From the IMG/VR virus record IMGVR_UViG_3300023055_000010, positions 1-44,696 of that record: a stretch of 44,696 nucleotides of DNA; one strand, written 5' to 3'. The stretch is from a virus (lineage: Duplodnaviria; Caudoviricetes). The translations under genes and the position numbers were made by a program. Below the pieces are notes generated by a model. The model made no database searches, was not told where the DNA came from, and worked only from the letters and a program-made list of their open reading frames with translations. Below are positions 27,514 through 36,002 of the stretch, one piece after another (the stretch's first letter is position 1; every line of letters begins with the position of its first letter).

Positions 27514-27618
27514 GATCAGCGCGCTCCAATCTTGATTAAGAATTTCCTCGACGACGACCGAGCGAGCGGTGTCAGGTGGAATTCTAAGTCAGGAGGACAA
27601 CGAAGTTTGCTTCGCCTA

Positions 27619-27652
27619 AAGCAAAACCCGCCTGCTTTCGCTTGGCGGGTTT
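27619..27652 (-). terminator. tR'-like terminator downstream of the late promoter
   Basis: On the minus strand: AAACCCGCC…GGCGGGTTTT. Confidence 0.6.
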
Positions 27653-27690
27653 CGTTGGACGCAGTAATACACCGTATCCGTTAGGCGCCC

Positions 27691-27719
27691 ATATTGGGGG
27701 AAAAAAGTCCATCCGTCAA
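27691..27719 (-). promoter_or_regulatory. Putative late promoter (pR'-like)
   Basis: TTGACG-N17-CAATAT on the minus strand, followed by a -10-like TATTAC and a terminator. Lies downstream of the Q-like gene. Confidence 0.5.
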
Positions 27720-27956
27720 CACCCTTCACGCCTGCCATCTTAGTGCGACTCTTGGCTAACGGCGCCCGCGCACGGTTGACCCTCTCGGGGTGCAATTTAC
27801 CCATTCATTCTTTCCGAGCGGGTTGTACCTACTACCGGTTTTCCGGGTTTCCACTCAGAGTTCTTCATGCTGCACCTCCTCAAATTTAGTACCACCAAAT
27901 GGTGTAACGAATCGAGTGTTCTATTACCTCTTGCCAGCCCAACATCGGAGAATAAG

Positions 27957-28328
27957 ATGACTTTCGTCGCGAATTTTAACGATGATTTAGCAACGGCAGT
28001 AATGTCCTATTGCGACTCCATGCGCAAGTCGCCGGAGATGATCAAAGCACTTCAAGACAATCCAACCGCCGTCATCAAAAATGTGCTTCAGAAGAAGAAC
28101 GTGCAAGTCGAGCATCCGGAATTATTCCATGCTCACGTGATCAACGATGGAGAATCCTTACCTCATGAGCCCTTGCGCGCAACAATAGATAGATACATCT
28201 ATGTTTTTCGTCCAAGCGGTCTTTTTGAGTTCAAAGTTGTTCCCGGCTCCCCGGACGGTGATGATTCGATTATGAGAACCCCCGGCGGAGCGTGCAGTTG
28301 CTGCAATTGTTGTGTCCTCGTGATTTAG
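27957..28328 (+). CDS. Moron: NHLP (nitrile hydratase leader peptide)-like protein with a Cys-rich C-terminus
   Basis: GGAG RBS. SPEMIKALQDNPTAVI resembles the NHLP leader. Ends GG-ACSCCNCCVLVI. Confidence 0.6.
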   Translation: MTFVANFNDDLATAVMSYCDSMRKSPEMIKALQDNPTAVIKNVLQKKNVQVEHPELFHAHVINDGESLPHEPLRATIDRYIYVFRPSGLFEFKVVPGSPDGDDSIMRTPGGACSCCNCCVLVI

Positions 28329-28419
28329 CGTAGCTCGGCCAAGTGAATTAATGCTTGTCGCGCCCCCCCGCTTCCGCTTGGCACCCGCCCTGCCGAAGCG
28401 GGGCCGAATGCAGAGTTCT

Positions 28420-29094
28420 CTAGTGCTCTTCTCGACTCAACCCGACACATACTTCAATCCAACCACAAGCTTCAAATCTGCTCGACAATTTGCGCAACGC
28501 CTGCTGGTGAAGTCCCGTAACGCCGTTCGCCCCTCCGAATAACCAGCGCTTCAACTTGGCTTGATGTGCAGACGCGGTTTTGTCATCCACCTCAAACCGC
28601 TCAGCCAGCTCGGCCAGCGTCACCTTCGCCCCAAACAACCGTTGAATGAGCGCCGAGCGCAGACGACCGTTCGACACGCAGCCGGACAGCGCTCCAGAAG
28701 CCGCGGCCGTCGTAAGCGTGCTCATCGCATCCTGCCACTCCGGATTTGTCTTAAAGCCGGAGCAGCACGCAATGCCGCAAGCGCAGGGAATCTGTGATGG
28801 CGCGGCGTGCGCCACCAGTACAGCCTGCTCTATCGGGCTAAGCCGGGCCAGCTCGGCGCGGATCATGCCAGCCTGCCCTGCTCCATCCAGCCCCGACAGC
28901 CCTGTGCCGCCCCCGGGGGACACCCCCGCTGTCAATTCGCCCGATGCAATCCGATTCATGAGCGGCCGGTCGTATTGCTGCATCGAATAGTGCAGCGCGA
29001 AGATCAGCGCCGCATGTGCGCTGGGAAAGAGCGGCACCGCCTTAGCCGCCACGGCCGGCACTGAGGGCAGGCGGGAAATAGTCATCGTCGTCAT
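28420..29094 (-). CDS. Putative late-gene regulator (Q-like antiterminator)
   Basis: Last gene of the early rightward-type operon. Cys cluster (CACGIACC) and C-terminal HTH (TLAELAERFEVD). Upstream of a pR'/tR'-like arrangement. Confidence 0.55.
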   Translation of the reverse strand: MTTMTISRLPSVPAVAAKAVPLFPSAHAALIFALHYSMQQYDRPLMNRIASGELTAGVSPGGGTGLSGLDGAGQAGMIRAELARLSPIEQAVLVAHAAPSQIPCACGIACCSGFKTNPEWQDAMSTLTTAAASGALSGCVSNGRLRSALIQRLFGAKVTLAELAERFEVDDKTASAHQAKLKRWLFGGANGVTGLHQQALRKLSSRFEACGWIEVCVGLSREEH

Positions 29095-29516
29095 CAAATA
29101 ATCCCCGGGGAATAAGTCACTTTCGCGGGCAGCATTTCCCGCATCCATTGCATCGCTGCTTCCCAGCCGAGGGTGACGGTGTGCCGCCCACGGACCGGAA
29201 AAATCTTCGGGTTCACGTCGTGCGCGTCAATCATCACGGCTTCTCCGCGCGCCCCCGTCTGTCTGTAGATCAGCACCGGCACGCCCGCCGCCCCGGCCTG
29301 CTCCATGGCCTGGCGCCACCACGCGGAAAGGCATAGAACGTTCGCGTGCTTGCATTCGATACTGATGCGGGCGAAGGCTGGCTCATCGGCCACCACGTCA
29401 CTATCGCCAGCCTGATTACGCACGCGGCGGCGCCAGGTCGTGCCGGTCGCGTCGGTCAGCAGGTTGGCAACCTTGCGCTCAAAGGCCGCGCCCTTGTTCC
29501 GTTGCATCGCACTCAT
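29094..29516 (-). CDS. PD-(D/E)XK Holliday-junction resolvase-like nuclease
   Basis: RNKGAAFERKVA…SD…IECK…WWRQA motifs. Confidence 0.75.
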   Translation of the reverse strand: MSAMQRNKGAAFERKVANLLTDATGTTWRRRVRNQAGDSDVVADEPAFARISIECKHANVLCLSAWWRQAMEQAGAAGVPVLIYRQTGARGEAVMIDAHDVNPKIFPVRGRHTVTLGWEAAMQWMREMLPAKVTYSPGII

Positions 29517-30271
29517 GCCGCGCCCCCGGCGTCCGTCGGCGCACCCAGTGCGGCCTGGGCCATGCTCAGCACCGCCAGGGATGGCATCCGACCGCCCTTC
29601 CGCTGCGCTTCAGCCAGGATGCGCCTTGCCCAGCGGCGCGGATCGCGACCGGAGTCGTTCAGGATCGCGCCCGCGCCCATCTCCTTCAGCGCCTTCGCGG
29701 CCTCTTCGGGCGTGGCCTGCGTGGCCCCCGGTGCAGGCAGCGCTACGGCCGGCGCGGGGATGGCAGCCCATTCGCTTCGGCTCAGCTCCTCCGAAAGCGC
29801 GCGCTCCCAGCGGGACTGCATGACCGAGTAACCGCAGTTCAGCAGGTCATGCGACCCGACACGGACGGCGGCCCAGTACACCGCCGGATGGGTCCATTGC
29901 CCCATTTCGCCACGCCGGCGAGCGGCCATCCCAGCAACAGCGTCGTGAAACGCGTTCTCCGGGATCAGCCCCGGCCGGCATGCGCGGATGAACTCGCCAA
30001 CAGCGGGCGGCCAGTCGGGGAACATGCGGCGGCACGTGCGCAGCCCTTCGGCTACTTCCTGCGGCGTCACGCGGTCTTCGTCCAGCGCCTCGGCCCACGC
30101 GGTCTTCCAGTTCTCGATGCTCTGCATGTCCGGGAAGTCCTTCACCCAGCGCCCCCCGTACGTGCCCGAGAGCCGGTTCCACAGGTGGTCGATCAGGGAA
30201 ATGCCTTCCAGCTTCGCCAGCGGCACGGCCCAGCCGGAACGCTCATTCGTCGATTGTGCGACCGTCGTCAT
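29513..30271 (-). CDS. Replication protein P-like (helicase loader)
   Basis: W…L…GLRTCR…WPPAVGEFIRAC pattern, directly downstream of the initiator. Confidence 0.7.
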   Translation of the reverse strand: MTTVAQSTNERSGWAVPLAKLEGISLIDHLWNRLSGTYGGRWVKDFPDMQSIENWKTAWAEALDEDRVTPQEVAEGLRTCRRMFPDWPPAVGEFIRACRPGLIPENAFHDAVAGMAARRRGEMGQWTHPAVYWAAVRVGSHDLLNCGYSVMQSRWERALSEELSRSEWAAIPAPAVALPAPGATQATPEEAAKALKEMGAGAILNDSGRDPRRWARRILAEAQRKGGRMPSLAVLSMAQAALGAPTDAGGAA

Positions 30272-31094
30272 AGTCGGAGCCTCCATGGGTGCGATTGCGG
30301 TTTACGTAGTCGGTCGGGTTGAACTTGCCGGGACGCTGCGCGCCCCCAGCTGCGGGGCCTCTCGGGGCGAACAGGCCTTGCCAGCTTTTGCCGATGGCGT
30401 TTTCGATGACAGCCTCCGGCTTGTGGCCCTGCTCGCGGAAGTTCGCCAAGTCCCTGACCTGCTGCCGGGCAGCTTCCTCGGTCAACGGCTTGCGGAGTTG
30501 CGCACGGTGCCGCACCCAGCGCCCCCACAGTTCCGCATCCAGCCAAACCGGAAGTTCCACGGTCAGCGGGTCGAACCCCGGCGAGCGCTTGCGCGCGCCT
30601 TTGGGTTTATTGATGGTTCCTTGATGGTTCAATGACGGTTCGGGTGCAGCAGGTTCACCCCGTGACGTCGTCAGATTCACCCCGTCGTGTCGTGAGCTGC
30701 ACCCCGCTGCGTCGTCAGATTCACCCCGTTCGTTACGGGGTGCAGGAGGTTCGCCCCGTCGTTGATCGGCGGAATGTTCCACGCGGGGTGAAGCAGGTGC
30801 GCCCCGTGACAGATCCATGTCGTAGCAAACCGGCCGCTGATCCGCACGTCGGATGTAGGCTGCCACCAGGTCCTGATTGCCGCGCTGGATGATCTGTAAG
30901 GCCTCCAGCTCGCGCAGCTTGTTCTGCACCGTGCGGCTCGACAGCCCGGTATCCTCGGCCAGCGTAGCCACAGAGGGAAATGCGCCCTCACCCTTCGGCC
31001 CCGCGTAGTTCGCCAGGCACAGCAATACGTGGCGCGCCGTGGGATCTTTCACGATCCTCTGCGCAAGCGCCCATGTCATGCCCTGAACGCTCAT
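30243..31094 (-). CDS. Replication initiator (O-like, N-terminal HTH)
   Basis: VLLCLANYA…FPSVATLAEDTGLSSRTVQNKLRELE, internal iterons, C-terminal KSWQGLF. Confidence 0.85.
   Translation of the reverse strand: MSVQGMTWALAQRIVKDPTARHVLLCLANYAGPKGEGAFPSVATLAEDTGLSSRTVQNKLRELEALQIIQRGNQDLVAAYIRRADQRPVCYDMDLSRGAPASPRVEHSADQRRGEPPAPRNERGESDDAAGCSSRHDGVNLTTSRGEPAAPEPSLNHQGTINKPKGARKRSPGFDPLTVELPVWLDAELWGRWVRHRAQLRKPLTEEAARQQVRDLANFREQGHKPEAVIENAIGKSWQGLFAPRGPAAGGAQRPGKFNPTDYVNRNRTHGGSDYDDGRTIDE
30605..30807. repeat. Replication origin: iteron array plus AT-rich flank
   Basis: T(T/G)C(A/G)CCCCG at 30654, 30676, 30698 and 30720 (22-bp period), then 30750 and 30798. Inverted copies at 30735 and 30783. 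TTGATGGTTC twice in the flank. Confidence 0.8.
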
Positions 31095-31567
31095 GACTGT
31101 TCTCCATACGAAAGTTGATACCCGCGCTCGGCCTCTTCGGGCCACTTGCCCATAGCGATGATTCGCAAGCGCGTAAGGCGCAAGCCGGGGATGAAATAGC
31201 TCAGCTTCATTTCTCGCGAAGCTGTGGACTGATCCAGGAAGAAATGGCAACCACCGCATGCGAAGGCGATCGCCCAGTCATGCGCCTTGATGCCCTTCCC
31301 CTTGCCGTCGCGCGTCTGATTCGAATGCGCTGATACCGTGGTTTCGTTCCCGCCCCAGCAGTAGCTGGGCACGCGGGTAAGGCATTCCTCGCCCTTGGCA
31401 AGCGCCAGCAGCGCCGGGTTGCGGTAAACGGTCTTGGGCGGCTTCTTGCCCTTTTTGCGCGCCTTCATGGCGGCCCGCGGAGGCGGCATCGGCGTTGCGC
31501 GCATCATCGGCACCCCACGCTTCAACGGCGTCTTCTGCTTCAAGGGCGTCTTGCGCGTCAGCGACAT
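31091..31567 (-). CDS. DUF1364/YbcO-like nuclease-fold protein
   Basis: AKGEECLTRVPSYC…TTVSAH…GKGIK…ACGGCH motifs. Confidence 0.75.
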   Translation of the reverse strand: MSLTRKTPLKQKTPLKRGVPMMRATPMPPPRAAMKARKKGKKPPKTVYRNPALLALAKGEECLTRVPSYCWGGNETTVSAHSNQTRDGKGKGIKAHDWAIAFACGGCHFFLDQSTASREMKLSYFIPGLRLTRLRIIAMGKWPEEAERGYQLSYGEQS

Positions 31568-31863
31568 GCCGCCCCCGCCTGATTCTTGACCCGATACCAA
31601 GCCGGGAATCTCCACGCGTTCACGTGGCGCCTGACTAGGCCGGCCCGCGCAGCGTCGAACACGAATGAATCAACCGCGCAGGCTGCTGCCATGTCCCGAG
31701 ACGTGCTGCGCCACGGATCGACGGCCTTCAAGGCGGGCTGCACGATGGCTCGCAACGCCGCCACGTCCACACGGCCTCGCGTTTCGATGATGGCCTGGCG
31801 GACCTGCTCCACCGTCTCAGGCGGCACGCGGTAGCCGCGGAACATATGCAAGCAGTCAGCCAT
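31558..31863 (-). CDS. Hypothetical protein
   Basis: Translationally coupled within the early operon. Confidence 0.6.
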   Translation of the reverse strand: MADCLHMFRGYRVPPETVEQVRQAIIETRGRVDVAALRAIVQPALKAVDPWRSTSRDMAAACAVDSFVFDAARAGLVRRHVNAWRFPAWYRVKNQAGAACR

Positions 31864-32161
31864 AGATGCCGCTCCACTTCACGAATGGCTTACGCACCGC
31901 CTCATGGAACAGGGCTGCAGCCTTGGCGTCGTGGTCCAGCTGCGCCCGGCTTGTGATCCCGCATGCGCCCCGGACGAACTGCGCCGCGTGCTGACTGGCG
32001 CTCACGCCTTCGGGGGCGGCACCCACGCGGGCGACAACCCAACGCTGGAAGTTCGCGCTGTTGCACATCATTGCAGCCGCACGCGACAGCGCCGCCCCCT
32101 TACGCATCGTGGACGCGACACGCGCCCGCACGGGTTCTCCGGACGTTCCGCGCTGAATCAT
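31856..32161 (-). CDS. Hypothetical phage protein
   Basis: Coupled ORF with AAMMC…FQRW…CGITSRAQLDHD. Confidence 0.7.
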   Translation of the reverse strand: MIQRGTSGEPVRARVASTMRKGAALSRAAAMMCNSANFQRWVVARVGAAPEGVSASQHAAQFVRGACGITSRAQLDHDAKAAALFHEAVRKPFVKWSGIYG

Positions 32162-32601
32162 TGCTCGGCCATCCCGCTTAGCCGGCGCGCGACGCCTGCG
32201 ACCGCTTCCATCAGGGCGCGGCCCGCAGCATCTACGCGCTGCATTTCCTGCTGGTCAACACCGCCATCAGCCAGAGCGTCATACACCTCATGACCGAACC
32301 TGCCATGCGCGATCATCAACGCCGCGACCTGCTCCAGCACTGACATGTCGCTCTCGCCGCAAGACTCGGGTGCCTTGACCAGCAGATAGCCGTTGCCGTG
32401 CGCGAACGCGGCCAGGATGCGCACATCGCCCGTCATTCGCACGATGCGATCCGCCTCGGCCAGCGTCAGGTGATGCGTGGAGTTATTGGGATTGACCTTG
32501 TTGCGCAGGACGGCTGGCGACATGCCGATAACCGCCCCCAAAGCCTCGCTGCCGCCCTTGTAGTCATGCACCGTCAAGTCGGCCGCAGTGGTGATGTTCA
32601 T
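32158..32601 (-). CDS. Phage regulatory CII-family protein (CP76-like)
   Basis: YKGGSEALGAVIGMSPAVLRNKVNPNNSTHHLTL…ALADGGVD, downstream of cro. Confidence 0.8.
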   Translation of the reverse strand: MNITTAADLTVHDYKGGSEALGAVIGMSPAVLRNKVNPNNSTHHLTLAEADRIVRMTGDVRILAAFAHGNGYLLVKAPESCGESDMSVLEQVAALMIAHGRFGHEVYDALADGGVDQQEMQRVDAAGRALMEAVAGVARRLSGMAEQ

Positions 32602-32751
32602 ATGTGAATTTCCTGAACGTATCTATTGCTGAGCAGCGGCCTTACGATGCGCTGCATGGAAAACGACACTCAGACGTCAAGCGGTCCGATCTGGACCTTG
32701 TCAGTAGGATTGGCGGCGGCGGGTACTTCAGGCGCTTGGCCCGCGTCATCA

Positions 32752-32988
32752 CTACACATGCGACACCTCCTTGAGTTCGGGCCAAATTCGGTCCCAGCAA
32801 TCCGGCATGAGGTCTTTGCGCCGAACTGCCCCCGACGTCTCACGCTCAATCGCCACGCAGCGCTCTGCGGATATAGGCGACAGGCCGGACGCCATCTGAG
32901 ATAAGTAAGAGGGCGAGACGCCAATCGCCTTGGCCAAACTCGCCGCTGTGCCTCGCGGGCTACTGTTGATGTAGGTCTTCAGGTCCAT
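32752..32988 (-). CDS. Cro-like repressor (YdaS family)
   Basis: LAKAIGVSPSYLSQMASG…IERETSGAVRRKDL…IWPEL, divergent from cI. Confidence 0.88.
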   Translation of the reverse strand: MDLKTYINSSPRGTAASLAKAIGVSPSYLSQMASGLSPISAERCVAIERETSGAVRRKDLMPDCWDRIWPELKEVSHV

Positions 32989-32994
32989 GCGGCG

Positions 32995-33053
32995 AGTTTA
33001 GTGAGAACTAAACCGTAAGGTCAAGTGTTTACTAATTTAGTGTCCTATAAACT
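32995..33053. promoter_or_regulatory. OR-like operator region with divergent promoters
   Basis: Palindrome TTTAGT-N4-ACTAAA at 32997-33012, with variants at 33021-33036 and 33036-33051. Minus-strand TTGACC-N18-TAAACT. Confidence 0.75.
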
Positions 33054-33059
33054 TCCGCC

Positions 33060-34085
33060 ATGACCATCCAAGAAATTCGACGGGCGAATCTCCGTGCCTG
33101 GGTCCAACAGAATGGGACCCCAAGCAAGGAGAAGAGCTATTTCTCGCAAGTCCTGTCCGGCACGGCCCCCATTGGGGAACGCGCCGCGCGCAGGCTCGAG
33201 CGGGATTACCGAATGGGCGAAGGGTTTTTGGATGCCGCGTCAGGTGACGCGCCCCAAACACCGGAGGCAGTACCGCCCTCCCCGTGGCCTTTCCTGACTA
33301 TCAAAGAAGAGGATGTGCGGGCCTTGCCGGCGAGCCAGCTGAGCGCGCTGGAAGGTGCTATCTCTCTCGCTATCGCCCAGATGAAACTGGGGATCACTGT
33401 GGCCCCGCCTCCCGCCTCCACCGGCCGAACTCCCGTGCGAGGCGGTTTGGTCGACATGGACGCCGCTGACGATGCCTTCCCCATGCGCATCGGCGGGCTG
33501 CCGCCTGCACCGTGGGAAGGTGGGAAAACCACGCTTCAGAGCGAGCAAGAGAACAAGATCCGAATCAGCACCCGGACGGGCGTCATCGCAAACGTTGCAC
33601 CGGGAGATCCTCCCGCGGCTAACGATAAGTTCGAGAAGGTCGCGGAGATGGCCGACGTGCGTCTGGCGGCTGGTGAGGGAATTGAGAACCTAGTCGAGGA
33701 AGAAACCGGGACCGTCCAGTTCCGGCGGTCCTTTTTACGGTCAGTGGGCGCAAGCGCTGGAAAGGCCCGCGTCGTGTATGCGAAGGGAGACAGCATGGAG
33801 CCGATCATTCGTGACGGCGCCGCCCTGCTAGTCGTGCCCAACGAAAGCCTCACCTTGCAGGACGTAGCGTCGGGAGGCGTGTACGCCATCAACTACGACG
33901 GCAAGATGATCGTGAAGACCGTGACGAAGGACAAATTAACTAAGCGATGGGTAGCACGCTCGTTCAACCCTGCTTATCCGGACATCCCGCTGGAAAATGG
34001 CGCGCTTGTCCGGGTGCTTGGCCAGATTGTCTGGGCCGGAACCCGCATCGGGGACGGCGAATCGGGGCAATGGACCCGCTCATAG
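33060..34085 (+). CDS. CI-like repressor with an S24 autopeptidase domain
   Basis: N-terminal IRRANLR…SYFSQVL HTH, AAG cleavage site, GDSM (Ser) and IVK (Lys). Confidence 0.9.
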   Translation: MTIQEIRRANLRAWVQQNGTPSKEKSYFSQVLSGTAPIGERAARRLERDYRMGEGFLDAASGDAPQTPEAVPPSPWPFLTIKEEDVRALPASQLSALEGAISLAIAQMKLGITVAPPPASTGRTPVRGGLVDMDAADDAFPMRIGGLPPAPWEGGKTTLQSEQENKIRISTRTGVIANVAPGDPPAANDKFEKVAEMADVRLAAGEGIENLVEEETGTVQFRRSFLRSVGASAGKARVVYAKGDSMEPIIRDGAALLVVPNESLTLQDVASGGVYAINYDGKMIVKTVTKDKLTKRWVARSFNPAYPDIPLENGALVRVLGQIVWAGTRIGDGESGQWTRS

Positions 34086-34106
34086 CAAACAACAGCTCAA
34101 CAGCAC

Positions 34107-34130
34107 AGCCACCTTCGGGTGGCTTTTTTT
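34107..34130 (+). terminator. Terminator after cI
   Basis: AGCCACC-TTCG-GGTGGCT followed by a T tract. Confidence 0.85.
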
Positions 34131-34141
34131 CGCCAGGCGCG

Positions 34142-34182
34142 TTTAGTTTTTACTTGACGTTAAGTTTAGTGTTTACTAATAT
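34142..34182 (+). promoter_or_regulatory. pL-like promoter overlapped by two operators
   Basis: TTGACG-N17-TAATAT (34154-34182). Operators TTTAGTTTTTACTTGA (34142) and TTTAGTGTTTACTAAT (34165) match the OR palindrome. Confidence 0.8.
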
Positions 34183-34300
34183 CTGTCTTAACGCAGCTTC
34201 AGCTGCTCGAAAGACCCCACGGACCCGCAGCCAGCAGTCAGGGCATCGCCTCAAGCGGGAGACGTCACCGCCACAAAGTCTGGATGGGGAAGGCGAGAAA

Positions 34301-34313
34301 CGCTCTTTAACAA
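34301..34313 (+). promoter_or_regulatory. boxA antitermination element
   Basis: CGCTCTTTAACAA, the consensus lambdoid/rrn boxA, followed by a GC hairpin at 34321-34348. Confidence 0.75.
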
Positions 34314-34456
34314 CCGAGGCCGCCCGCCCCCGCGAGGGAGGACGGGCGAAACAGGACAACCAACCAGGCGCCAGCGCGCCCCCGGACCCTGTGTGCTTGG
34401 GCTTCCACAGCCAGGCAACGCCCAGCCGGGCGTGGCGACGATAACCCCGGCAAGCT

Positions 34457-34804
34457 TTACTTCTGCGAGGTCCTTTCCTTGGCCCTTTGGTAGCAGGCTC
34501 TGTACACCTCATTTTCAAAGTCCCTAACCGCTCGCTCTTTTGCCTCTTCAGTGGAATACCTGGGGTCTTCAAAGGCCCATTCCACCAATGATCTGCCGAA
34601 CTCTCCATCGTCCGCCCTGCCGGGCCTGGAAAAGACGTCCATCAGCTCAGACATAGGCATGCCAGCCTGACGAGCCTGCATCACAGTTTTCCCCAGACTG
34701 GACGTGACCGAGCATGCCTTCCGGTCCTCGGCGCTGACCGAAGCGCCAAACACGGTCGAAGTGGCAACCAGCGCCACTGCCGTTGAAATCAGTCTTAAGT
34801 ACAC
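34457..34804 (-). CDS. Moron: secreted/periplasmic protein
   Basis: Signal peptide MYLRLISTAVALVATSTVFGASVSA and two Cys. Antisense to pL. Confidence 0.75.
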   Translation of the reverse strand: MYLRLISTAVALVATSTVFGASVSAEDRKACSVTSSLGKTVMQARQAGMPMSELMDVFSRPGRADDGEFGRSLVEWAFEDPRYSTEEAKERAVRDFENEVYRACYQRAKERTSQK

Positions 34805-34906
34805 ATCCGCTCCACAAAGTTGCTTTCATGCGGGAGTGTAACCAGCCGCTGAAAAGCGGGTTTCGGCCAGCGCTGCGAGTCAGCGTTGGCCGAACTGCAC
34901 TTGAAG

Positions 34907-35614
34907 CTAGGGAACGGTAGCCAGACGGTTCTCCAATTGGGAGATCGATGCCCGGTTGAGTGATGCAAAATCCGACCGTGCGAAGGTAACGCAAAATGCC
35001 TGAGTACCTCGGTGTCCGCCCCCGTCCGAGAATGAAATCCGGACCGTCACGGGATCGAGATTCGCAGCTAGGTCAGAAAAACTGAACGAATGCTCTCCGC
35101 CATGTACGAAGACGCCGACCGTTTTGGGAGGCGGAAGTCCGCCCCTGCCCTCAAGCTCAATTGAGACTTCAGTGACAGTCGCACCGTGGTTTCGAAGCCG
35201 GAAACGGTACGTTTGCACCTCATCACGACCAGTGTGATTGGCTGGTTCGAGGACAAACAATGGCGACACCGCTCTTCTTTGTTCTTCACTCTCGCGTCTA
35301 AATGCTTCCAACTGCGCCTCTGCTTGCTTTTTGGTCACTTCCACCAATGCTTGTTGCTGAGAAACCGAATTGCGCAACTCTTCGGCCTGCAAACGCAAAG
35401 CCTCAGTGCTTTGCTTTAGTTCCTCGCCCTGTTGAAAGTAACCAAGGATCAACCACAGCAGGGCCAGAGGGCCGACGACTCCGGCCAGAAAGTCGCCAAC
35501 CTCATTGGGTTTCATTTCCGAAAACTTGTCCCATTTTCCCCAACCCAACAAAGCCGCAGCAATAAGGTACGCGGCAGTAATTCCAATTCCGACCCACGTC
35601 AGCTTTTTACTCAT
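34907..35614 (-). CDS. Moron: two-TM, coiled-coil membrane protein
   Basis: TM1, PNEVGDFLAGVVGPLALLWLILGYFQQGEEL, coiled coil, then a beta-rich C-domain. GGAGG RBS. Confidence 0.78.
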   Translation of the reverse strand: MSKKLTWVGIGITAAYLIAAALLGWGKWDKFSEMKPNEVGDFLAGVVGPLALLWLILGYFQQGEELKQSTEALRLQAEELRNSVSQQQALVEVTKKQAEAQLEAFRRESEEQRRAVSPLFVLEPANHTGRDEVQTYRFRLRNHGATVTEVSIELEGRGGLPPPKTVGVFVHGGEHSFSFSDLAANLDPVTVRISFSDGGGHRGTQAFCVTFARSDFASLNRASISQLENRLATVP

Positions 35615-35882
35615 CAAGTAATCCTCCAGGTGGCTGGATTCTAGTTACCCGGCGCCACGCTCGCAATTCATGACAGCATGGTCCCTTCTCCGCCCGCCGG
35701 CGCGGGTGGTGAAAATGGCTGAATGACTTCGCCCTTCAAGACGGCCACTAAATGTCCACGAAGGGTCTCTTCTTCCCATGTTCGAGCGGCAACACAGGGG
35801 CTTTGCGACTGAGCCATATCAAAGAGTGCGGTGGACACCGGCCGACTGGTCCTGACACCCCGGAAAGACGGGGACCATCATC

Positions 35883-36001
35883 GGGTCGGTAGCTCAGCGG
35901 TAGAGCGCCCGACGCTCGGGAGGTCGGCAATGCCATGGGGTCGCGCCCCAGACGCATCCGAAGGCAGGCATGCCGCGCTGGTTCGAATCCAGCCCGACCC
36001 G
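35883..36001 (+). ncRNA. tRNA-derived RNA lacking an anticodon loop, with a ~50-nt insertion
   Basis: 7-bp acceptor GGGTCGG/CCGACCC, U8-A9, D-arm GCTC-AGCGGTA-GAGC, stem CCCGA-CGC-TCGGG, AGGTC, T-arm GCTGG-TTCGAAT-CCAGC. No encoded CCA. Confidence 0.75.
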
Positions 36002-36002
36002 A

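Noticed and set aside
30654-30807. Regularly spaced repeats as a possible CRISPR array
   Set aside because: Repeats are ~10 bp with ~12-bp spacers inside the initiator gene and no cas genes are present. An iteron origin explains them.
35883-36001. A functional decoding tRNA, or an intron-containing or selenocysteine tRNA
   Set aside because: No 7-nt anticodon loop and no CCA. The insert is not in the anticodon loop and is far too small for a group I intron. The acceptor stem and D-arm are of standard, not tRNA-Sec, type.
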